From Vicugna vicugna (taxonomy: Eukaryota), in assembly GCA_013265495.1 (NCBI GenBank), contig MU058824.1:3065111-3129110 (forward strand): a stretch of 64,000 bases of DNA, given 5' to 3'. Below are positions 54,111 through 64,000 of this stretch, piece after piece. The translations under genes and the position numbers were made by a program. Below the pieces are notes generated by a model. That model made no database searches, was not told where the DNA came from, and was given only the letters and a program-made list of their open reading frames with translations. How positions within the stretch are numbered: the first letter of the stretch is position 1; each line of letters begins with the position of its first letter.

Positions 54111-55839
54111 TGCATGTATTGGGGGGTAAAGTATCATTTTTGGTTTTGGAGTGAGATTTGGGGTAGGTTTCGGAAGCTTGAAGAAGAGCTAACCTCTACC
54201 CTGTCACAGTTGTTTTAAGACTGACAACTAAGTGATGCCTAGAGCCTGACCCAGGTGTACGGAAGATACTGAGTTTTTTTTTTTTCCTATGATATCTTTG
54301 CTTTTGATATCAGGTTAATACTGGCCTCAAAGAATGAGTTGGGATATGCTCCCTCCTCTCCTATTTTTTAGGAAGAGTTTGTGAAGAAGAGGTATTAATT
54401 CTTTAAATATTTCGTGCAATTAGTCAGTGAAGACATCTGGGCCTGGGCAGACTCTACCCTACTGCTGTTACTGATGAATTTGTTGATCTTACAACCTCAT
54501 ACGACCTTGGGCCAGTTATCAGTGTACTGCCATTCAGCTCTAAACTCACCCTTCACTGCCTACTCTGAGAAAATAGATCTTGGCGTTAAAAATATTTTTC
54601 CTTTGTTATCTATCAGGAAGACAAGCTGTGTAGATAGAAAGCCCTGCAGAGGCACTGAAAGAGGAATGAGTTTTGCTTTGTGGTTCCAGTGCGCTATCTA
54701 GTATACTTCTGCAGCACCACACCTTCTCCAGCACCTGCTCCTGCTTTGTTTGGGGGCCAGAAGCACCCAGCAGCCAATAGTTTTCCCTAGCACCTACAGG
54801 GCTGTTTTGTAACAGAGGCTTCCAGGAGACATTTCCGCAGGAATAGCTTTCCCCAGCACCCTAGAAGTGCCAGCAGGTTCTGTAGGGTGGATTTCTAGCA
54901 AGTTCCACTACCACAGATTCCCACTGACTTCTTGCCATTTAATGAGCCATGACTGTGTCCTTCCCCTCTATCAAGGTCTCAATCAGTCCTGGACAGTGGA
55001 GAGAGGTTTTTCCTTGGGTGAGCTAAGCACTAGGGGTAATGGCTGTTCCTTATATCTGCTTTTCTTATACCCTTTAAAGTGCTCTAGTTCTTTCTAGCCA
55101 TGATCATTTGTAATTAAAAACATCTGTACCAAGTGGACTCTCACTTGTGCAGTGATAATTGTGAGTATTTTCATTAAAGATATTAACACTTCCATGGATT
55201 CTTTTACTATTAATTTCTGTATATAAATCAGCATGCAGTTCATTTGTACTTTTTAGAAACCAGTGAACTAAGAAATTTTAAAGGTTCAGTCAAATACTAC
55301 CTCTTTTGGGACACCTATCCTGACTCCTACCTTCCTCCCACATAGAAGTAACCATTTCATCCTTTGTACTCCCCGGGGCTGACATTCTAATCAGACAGGT
55401 TGTTACACACATGATAACATTTGGTATTTTCATATGGCAACAGTGAATTCCCCTAGGGCAGGGACCATGATTCAGCTAACTACCTGGCTCAATTACCCAG
55501 CTCAATTCCTGGCTCACAGCAAATGCTCAACTAGTTTCGTTAATTGAAAGCTACAAAAACGCCCAACTTCACCAGTCAACAAAGAAAAGCAACCCCGAGA
55601 TGCCACTTTTCCAACTTCTCAAGTAGAAAAGATTTCGAAAGAGGAAGTTTGGGGAAACAGTCCAGAAGGCCGAGGTCTGGTCCAACCTTTCCGAAGGGCA
55701 ATGTCATTTCCCCAGGGGAAATACTGAAGCATGAGGAGATGTATCCCAGAGGCAGTCGAGGGCAGCACCGCCCCTACTGCACTGGCTCTAGGCCGGCAAG
55801 ACCCCTAAACAAGAAGAGGTCTAATCTACCCGGGCTGAT

Positions 55840-56430
55840 CCCCCAGGATCCCCCACGCGCAGGCCGAAATCAAGGCATGTTCTCGACATAGGAAGGTGCG
55901 CCGCCGACTGCTCGCCCCGGCCTTCTCTGCAATCCCCAGTCGCCCTCGGCTACTTTCACACCCAGAAAAAGCTGCATGAGCCGTTCAGAAACGTGAATTT
56001 CGCAACCGCGACACAACCGGACTCCAACGCCGCCTTAGTCCAGGTCCGCGGCTCAGAGCCGGGCCCCGCACGCTCGCTTGCGGTCTTGGTTTCCCACCCA
56101 CCCGCACGCGGCGGACCTCCGCGTCCCCTGGTCAGCCAGCCGCCCGACCCCGGCAGTATGTGCGCACTTACCAGCTGCCGCACGACGCCGAGCCCGCGAA
56201 CCACATAAGTAGTGGCACGCGGCGCAGCAGCCAGGCAGCCTTCCCGCGCGCCGCGCCCTCTGGGCCCGCCCCTCGGGGCGTGCCGGGTAGGGCTCCGCCC
56301 GCGAGGTGCTTTCGACCCCGCCCCTGCCGGCCTGAGTTTCCGGTCTCAGGTGGCTGCTCTTCTCCAGGCGTCCGCCATAGTCTGTGAACTTGGGAATGAG
56401 CCAGACGGATGCCCATGTGTCGCCCCCACA
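55840..56430 (-). promoter_or_regulatory. CpG island / promoter of the AhpD-like locus, about 1.4 kb upstream of EXOSC3 in head-to-head orientation
   Basis: CpG-dense; GC boxes on the minus strand at about 56316-56324 (GGGGCGGGG), 56295-56300 and 56266-56272. Confidence 0.75.
56172..56378 (-). pseudogene. AhpD-like pseudogene exon 1 (5' boundary uncertain)
   Basis: Consensus donor CTG|GTAAGT at 56171-56166 inside an otherwise orphan CpG island; phase-0 frame ...LAAAPRATTYVVRGLGVVRQL; the in-frame ATG at 56378 is followed by TGA at codon 11. Confidence 0.6.
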
Positions 56431-57539
56431 GGGAAGTGTCCTTGATAGGCCTCCTCAGCCAGGTTTGGGCCGAGTTTCTGAGGAGACTCCTCTACCCACG
56501 TGGGGATAATACAGGAATCATTTCCCGACCTCTCACTCTGCCTGGCCGGGACCCTAGGTCATTGAGCACCATTCAGGCATGGCCTTGGGCCAGCCACGAT
56601 CGAGGTAGTCTTGGTCATCGAATACCTACTGGTTCCAGGCCCTCTGGAACTGGGTTGGAGTGGGGAGGAGAGAAAAAGAATCTACACCATCTCTTCTGCA
56701 AAGATAACAGGCCAAGAACAGTTCTTAAAACAATCTGACTGCAAAACAACAAAACTTACATTTCAGTTGGCCTCTGTTATCTTACTCAGTTGGCTCACCA
56801 GCACTTGGCAAAATTTGAAGGGTATCTTAGAGCTAGTCTGTCTTAAACAGCCTAAAAATCTGAAAATTCAGGTTGGAAGTAAATGCCTTAAAGAAGTGGG
56901 CAGTAGAAATGGAGTACAGCTAAAAACCAAGCCTTCTCAGTACCCAGGAGCTTTGATTCCTACTGGCGCTAGCTGGATGTGCCAGTTGACAGAGGAAACT
57001 GATTTCAAGTGAGAGCCCAAAAACTCAGAAGAGCATACCTGGCATGATATTGATTTGGAATTCAGCTGCTTCTCACATGGGCAACTAAATGCTCCAGGGG
57101 AAGCAGTAGCAAGGATTTAACTGCAGTTACCGATTTTCCCGGGCCACGTAGTATCGATAGCTCAATTTTGTCGAGCTGTTCATGTGATGTGTATATATCT
57201 GCAGGGGGGAAAAAAGCCAGGGACACCTATGCACACCAAAATGTTAACATTCATTACCTATTTCGTGTCAGAACCTACACTACAAAGAATGAGAACTAGC
57301 TGACAGCCTAGCAAGTGAGACAACGGGGTAAGGGAGAAGACTAGTAAGTTTTATTTTCTTTTAGTCTTCTCTGTTTTCCACTGTGTGGACAGACATCTTC
57401 TCTATCAACAACCAAAAAGGTTTCATATTGTAAAAGAAAATACTTTTTCTGGTAAAAGGTCAGCCGTCCTTTTGAGGGCGGAGTCAGAAGAGAGAGCCAA
57501 CTCCTGAAGACCCTCTGCTTAGTTCTCAAGGTTCCCACG

Positions 57540-57841
57540 GAACGAAAAGTGGCGGCGTCACGTATCCCAGCGTGCGACCCGAGACACCGACAGTGGAAGC
57601 TCCGCGACTGACGGAAGCTGGGCGTTTCTCCTGCCGATGCGCGGACAGACTGCAGGGTAGAAGGCTGGCTAGAGACACAATCATAGCCACCCTCGGGGAA
57701 CCCGCCTACCCACAGCTGTTAGGCTTCACAGGCGAGAGGTTCAAGTCCCACAGACCGGGGTTGCCGGAAACGGAAAGCCTTGAGCGAGCAGGCGATTGGA
57801 CACAGACCGGAAGTCGGAAGCTGTGTGTGGCGGCGTCCGCG
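57540..57841 (+). promoter_or_regulatory. EXOSC3 CpG-island promoter with tandem ETS sites
   Basis: ACCGGAAGT at 57806-57814 directly followed by CGGAAG at 57815-57820; further CCGGAAACGGAAA near 57764; inverted CCAAT (ATTGG) at 57795-57799. Confidence 0.75.
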
Positions 57842-58168
57842 ATGGCTGAGGCGGCGGGTGTCGCAGCGGAATTCTTTGCGGGCCACAGGGCCCGGGCGGC
57901 GCGCGCGGTTCTAGATCAGGTGGTGTTACCGGGTGAAGAGCTGCTGCTGCCGGAGCAGGAGGACGGAGAAGGCCCAGGGGGTGCAGGGGAGCGACCGCTG
58001 CGTCTGAACGCCGGGGCGCGCTCCCGTGTGCGCGTGGTTTGCGGCCCAGGCTTGCGGCGCTGTGGCGACCGGCTGCTGGTCACCAAGTGCGGCCGCCTCC
58101 GTCACAAAGAGCCCGGCGGCGGCGGCGGCGGTGGTGGCGTTTACTGGGTGGACTCGCAGCAGAAGCGG
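57842..58168 (+). CDS. EXOSC3: EXOSC3 (RRP40, RNA exosome cap subunit) coding exon 1
   Basis: gcgATGG at 57842; [38 protein letters not shown]...[10 protein letters not shown]; donor CGG|GTGAGC; 327 nt. Confidence 0.96.
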
Positions 58169-58778
58169 GTGAGCTGGAACTTCGGAGGGGTGGTACGGCC
58201 GGGAGAAGTCTGGGGAGATTCCTCGAAAGAAGCAGCGAAGGGGCCCAGGAGCCCTCCTTTCTTAAGGCTAGCCTAGAGCCCCCGCAGCCTTGAGCTTACC
58301 TCTGCATCTCCTTTAGAGGGACTGTGAACAACTGGAACGTGGCCCGAGATGGGCGATCAGGAGAGAAAGGAGCCCGGAAATCTTGGCATATAAGGAGATA
58401 AGGACTGTGAGACATGGCCAGTTTTCAAAACCCCAAAGGTCAGGGAGCAGCAGAGTTGTCTTTCAGGGTCTCAAAGAACTAGGCTTTATCAGTAGATGTC
58501 ACAGGGAGTTAAATTTCTCTTAGAATAAATAAGAACTCATGTAGGAAAAGTTGCCCAACAATGGAATGGCCTTCCTTGGTTGTGAGGACCCCCTGTGCCA
58601 CTGGACCCATGCAAACAGAAGTTAGGGAGTTCCTGATAAGGATACAGAAGAGGTATGGGATACTGACTTAAATGAACAGACTATTGGAAGCTGCAAATCT
58701 GAGTTTATCATGTGATTGTTTTTTCTTTTACTGAAAGTGGCGTATGACCAAGTTTGTTGTAAGATTTGTATTGATTTG

Positions 58779-58942
58779 GGGTAGAGTATAGCCCAAGTGG
58801 TAGAGCAACTGCTTAGCATGCACAAGGTCCTGGGTTTGATGCCTGGTACCTCCTCAAAAAATAAACAAAATAAATTGCCTCCCCTGGCAAAAAGGAAAAA
58901 AAAGTAAATAAGTAAAAATAAATTTAATTACATCCCCCCCCA
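58779..58942 (+). mobile_element. tRNA-derived SINE in EXOSC3 intron 1 with 15-bp TSD
   Basis: Exact direct repeat ATTTGTATTGATTTG at 58764-58778 and 58943-58957. Confidence 0.88.
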
Positions 58943-59092
58943 ATTTGTATTGATTTGTACACTTGGATTTCAAAATATTTTCTAAATATCTCTACTGACA
59001 AACATAATAAAGTAACCGCTAAGGGCTTGCTGAAGATGTCTTCAGAATGACTGTCATTTATGGTTGTTCTCTCATTCTGTTTTCTTTTGTAG

Positions 59093-59290
<198 letters not shown>

Positions 59291-60586
59291 TAAATACTCA
59301 GATATCCAGAAGGCTACCTAAATTGTCCTATTTTCCCAGTTCTATAGGATGATCTTGGGGCATCTATGTAATCACTCCAGGCTTCAAGAGTTCCTTCCGC
59401 TGTTCCAGCTCTGGGACCAGAGTCTGTACTTATTTTACATTTGCTGTGCTGGGGGATGTTTTCATCTTTACTGAGTTGAAAGGTTATATCTGTTCTCTCC
59501 ATTGTTATTTGTTATGCCTGTATACACTGGACAAGGAAGGAAGCCATAGGCTCAGGGAGGAAGGAGGGAAAAGCAGTGCAAATTGCTGTTTTATCAGCCA
59601 TCCATCTACTCTGGATGTGGGTCCCAGGACTGGCATCTCACAGCTTCAGTCACATCACTGTTTGCCAACAATCCAGCTGACAGGAGCAGTCTTGTTACCC
59701 CAAGTTTTTAATTTGGACTTTTTAGGTAGCATGGCCACACTCTTCCTATCCATCCAAACCAGAAATTCGTTGGTTTCTTTGCCCTTTCTCACTCACCTTT
59801 CTTGTGTCTTTAGTTGCTTAATCTTATTAATCCTTTTTGAGTCTCTCTCTGATCTTCCACGTCCACCCTTTTATCTCCACTTTGCAAGTTCAGGCTTTAG
59901 CTATTTCTTGACTGGATTTAGTCAGTGACCTCCTTATTAACATCCTGCCTGTACACTTTTGCTCTTCATCCAGGCTTTTACGAGCTGACATCCTCACACT
60001 CTCCTTCCTCGAAAAAATTCCTTCAAAGCCTACGTATGTTCTTGGTATTTATACTCCAGAGGTTTTCCCTCATCCATAATTACAGCCTCCATATGGCCCT
60101 GCCTAAACCACACCAAACTATTTAACAGCACTACTGAATTCATAATTTCTTGCCCTTGTACCCTTGTTCCCTCTGTCTGGATTGCTCTATCCCCTTCTCA
60201 ACCTATGGAACACATGGTCATCCTTTAAGACCCAGGCTGAACACCACCACTCTGTAAAAACATCCCTGATTTTCAGTCACTTTACTTACTAGATTCAGCC
60301 TTGAATGAAGTTTGTTGTCTATATATATATCTCCATTGCCCTCCGAGACCAAATGCTTCTAAAAGGCAGGGAATGTTTTGTTCCTCTCTAGTTCCTATAG
60401 TCACCAACAAATAGGAGGTACTTAATGGAATAAGTTTACTCTCCATTTCCTTAGTTTCATCATTTTGAAGTTCAACTCTTTGAGGTTTTTAAGGTAAATC
60501 TTGCACGGAGAGGTGTCAACGAATTACCAGTATTCCATTTTGCTTTGTATAATTTGCACGTCAGGAGTTTCTGTAATTCCCTAGAG

Positions 60587-60794
60587 CAGTGCTGTCCAAT
60601 AAGACTTTCTGTGGTGACGCTCATGTTTCATATATGCACTGACTAGTATGGTAGCCACTAGACACACGTGGCTGTTGAGCACTTGAAATTTGGATAGTGC
60701 AAATGAGAAACTGAATTTTACATATATAACTTTAATTAATTTAAATATAAGTTTAACTACATGTGGGTAGTGGCTACCATATTGGACAGTGCAA
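60587..60794. mobile_element. MER3-like hAT-Charlie MITE in EXOSC3 intron 2
   Basis: TIRs CAGTGCTGTCCAAT ... ATTGGACAGTGC; flanks CCCTAGAG / TCCTAGAA resemble an 8-bp hAT TSD. Confidence 0.75.
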
Positions 60795-61035
60795 TCCTAG
60801 AAGGTTTTCTCTGGCTTTGAGATGACTCCCAGTTTTAGGATTTTCTGGTGGGTGAAGGGTAAAAGTGTATGTACTAATTTTGCCATCTTTTAAGTTTCAG
60901 CTCCAGAGTGTGGGAATCCTGGAGTGTAGTCAGTCCTTGAGCCACAGAACTGTAGATGGCTGGAGAGAATCAGTAGCAGCACCTATAGCATGGTTTGCTG
61001 AGAGGAAATGACCTATCTTTCAATTATCATCGTAG

Positions 61036-61188
<153 letters not shown>

Positions 61189-62247
61189 TAAGTCCTGATG
61201 CCTTCTGGCTTGCCTGTCGTCTTTTATAGTATGCCTTCCTAGAAAGCTGACCAATCTTTGGGATTTGGATTCTTCACAACGTCTTTATCTCCTCAAAGTT
61301 AAAAATCAGTATCTCTTTAGCACACTTGTAAACTCACGCACTTAGCCCCTCCTCCCAGTGTGAATACATCAAGTTCAGATGTATTTGGCATTACAGTTTG
61401 TATTGATGTGGAGTCTGGCTTCTCTGCTGGAAGGCCTGCTGTTCCTTAGAGCTGATATATTCGGCCTAAATGTGAAAACTGGCCTTCCCCCTTTCTAAGT
61501 CACTTGAATACAAATGCAATTTACAATCGTACAAAATGACCAAATTTCTCTTATAATGGAAGTTAAATGTAATTAGGCTGATGTCATCCTTATGCAGACA
61601 TTCACAGAAAGCTCCTGCTTTTCTTTCCTGGTAGATTTAAGTTCCCAGAGGCATATTCTTTCTCTGTTAGGTGTTTAGACCTTTACTTTCCCAAAGCTGT
61701 GCCCTATTAAAGTGCTTTACTCCCAGAGTCACTGAGGTTCAGAGCTATTTTGCATGTCTCTTTTTGCTACTTATTCTGCAGATTTGGAGAATTCAAGATG
61801 TTAAAGAAGCATGTTACTAACCAAGCAGCACACTCTTTGTGGTTTGACAGTCAATGCTCCTCTCCAAGTATTGAATTTAATACCAGGGAAAAACTTATGT
61901 GGTCAGGAAAATAAGTTTAAAGTGTTCTTTTAGCACCACAGATAATTAAAAAGCTACAGTTCTAAAGTCTAGAATTAAGGTGCTCTGATAATGTCAAGGA
62001 AGAACTTCATACATTTTTTGTAAAATTGACCCAAGGAGTTTGATTTCTTTGTAGAGGATAGCCCATTGTTGTTACTTCTGGTATATCTATTAGTGTAAAG
62101 CTTCTTGGAAGAAGCAGGCAGCAAATATTTTCATGTACTTTGTTCTTGGGATGATGTTGGCTGAGCTTTGAATAACTGTGGAGAACTGCCCAGAAAAGGA
62201 GTCTCCTAAAGGAAAGTCAGGTCACACCCTGCCACTTTAAGTTTTAA

Positions 62248-62472
<225 letters not shown>

Positions 62473-62611
62473 TCTTTGTGGGCATTTTTATGTGTCAGTT
62501 GAGCCAAGAGACAATGGGTTTTCTAGGGGAAATGTTTCTCAGGTGAACCTCTCTCCATTAAATCTTCAGAAGACAAGATGTGAATGTACGTATTGTCTTA
62601 TGAGAGTCCTA

Positions 62612-62617
62612 AATAAA
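62612..62617 (+). terminator. EXOSC3 proximal polyadenylation signal
   Basis: AATAAA 140 nt after the stop with GT/T-rich sequence downstream; a second AATAAA at 62776-62781. Confidence 0.6.
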
Positions 62618-64000
62618 ATATTTTTATAAAAAAGTTACTGGTTGCCACCCATGTTCTTGTGAGTGGGAAAGTCATTATAAAATAATGATGTGGTTTTTTG
62701 TTTTTTACAGTGAAGTTTACAAAAAGTTACTATTTGATGTTAACTCCCTTAGTTATGCTAGAGTACAGCTTCTGTAATAAACTGGAGGTGACCATTAAAA
62801 TAATTAATTTTCTGATGACAGTAAAACATGTTCACTAAAGAAAATGTAGAATACATAAAAAATAGCAAACACAAACCACCTGTAATCCCACTGTTTAGTG
62901 GGTGAGTATGTAATAGCCAACAATTACCGTGTGCATTTTGTTGTTCAATAAGTAACTATGATGAAGATCTCTGATTCCAAGTCCAACCAAATCTTACTTT
63001 GTTAGTATCATTTCCTAGAAGCCAAACAAAAGACTACCTGCCTAGGTTCTGAAAAATCAGCAGAGGTTTGTGATGGAATTTGAGAGGAAATTTGCATTTT
63101 TAAGCAAAGCCTTTAAAGGTGAAAATGGAGCCTGGCTGATGATCCAGGTCAGTGGTTCTGGGGTCAGAGACCTCCCTGAGAATGTAAGAAAGAGCTACAG
63201 ACCCCTGAAGCCTATCCATAGGAGGCCCTTTGGGATGACAGATTATAGAACTCATTCAATATGTTGTTAAAGAACAAGGAGCATTTTGTATTCCTAAAGA
63301 GGTTTCCTGAAGACTGGGTCATTTTTAAGTAGTAAAAAGACACACATAACTTATCAAGCAATCATAGCTCTTGAGGGATTAAATTGTGAAGGAGAGTGGA
63401 CAGAACACAGAAGTAAACTTTCGGTTCTTTTGAGATATAGGACACATTTTCTGAATTTGCTAGCAGCTTAGTTATCAAGTTTACTAACCCAAACTGGCCA
63501 GAGTAACTGAAGCAACTCCACCTGACTAGGACATGACAAAAGGGTCACAGATTTTAGGTTATAACATGCTCATGTCAGATGCAATGTATTTTCTGGATAT
63601 TTTCAAGTTAGGCTTAATACTGTGTTTCTGCTTTTCAGTTTGATCTGTTAATTGCAAGTATATATGAAGACTAGTTTGCACAAGGCTCAGAAGGATATAG
63701 AGATACTCCCACAAATTGTTAGAAGGCTCCAGCTAGGAAGAGAGAAGCCCACCATGCCCATACTCAGAACAGGGGAGACAGAGTAGGAGTCACAGATGGG
63801 AACAAAGTGCTGCTGGGGCTTAAAGTAGGGCTAAGTTAGGACAGGCTGATCCTGCAAAGCATACATACAGCTTACTACTGAGTAGGGGAAAATCAGCATG
63901 ATCGAAGTGGCTGGAGAAAGTCAACTTTATGATGCTGGTGTAGTGAAAATTAAACTCTTGATATAACGATAACTGAGTATTTAAGCTATCTCTATCATCT

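Larger units (their letters stand above)
46439..56378 (-). pseudogene. Intron-containing (unitary) pseudogene of an AhpD/CMD-fold peroxidase-related enzyme, 5 exons
   Basis: Spliced translation contains ISHYPTPYKKDLSFDI, GFLPNIFKVLPYRPLEFRAFFAYYNAI, LSRADKELIIVVTSLANRYTYSVAVHSA, DQVCVNWRKSDLPAREKAMLEFALAV, HGFNxEDAWDIAAISAFYAMSNCLAH and PKEFYLMGR, colinear with the family consensus as I recall it; intron phases 0,0,1,0 all compatible. Confidence 0.88.

Noticed and set aside
57572..57841. 90-codon in-frame extension upstream of the EXOSC3 ATG
   Set aside because: Starts at GTG with no in-frame ATG and overlaps promoter motifs; an open frame is expected in GC-rich DNA.
59446..59928. 160-aa hydrophobic ORF in EXOSC3 intron 2
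   Set aside because: Non-ATG start, T/C-rich degenerate repeat-like composition and no family resemblance.
62800..64000. Expected 3' end of TRMT10B, the convergent neighbour of EXOSC3 in human synteny
   Set aside because: I could not find a TRMT10B coding exon here; it may be 3' UTR, but the sequence alone does not support a call.

Overview
This is mammalian genomic DNA, most likely camelid, judged from five copies of a tRNA(Ala-AGC)-headed SINE with camelid-type tails. It holds two intact housekeeping genes in divergent orientation: DCAF10 (minus strand, 7 coding exons, 564 aa by my splice reconstruction) and EXOSC3/RRP40 (plus strand, 4 coding exons, 276 aa), among L1, MIR, hAT DNA-transposon and MaLR remnants. 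The main discovery lies between them, at 46.4-56.4 kb on the minus strand. It is a 5-exon, intron-containing gene with its own CpG island and phase-compatible splice sites, and its spliced translation matches the AhpD/carboxymuconolactone-decarboxylase-like 'peroxidase-related enzyme' family. It appears to be a unitary pseudogene: both CxxC cysteines are substituted, and the last exon has a damaged acceptor, a premature stop and two frameshifts, while exons 2-4 are still open. Exon coordinates were read base by base; repeat boundaries and subfamily names are approximate and from memory.
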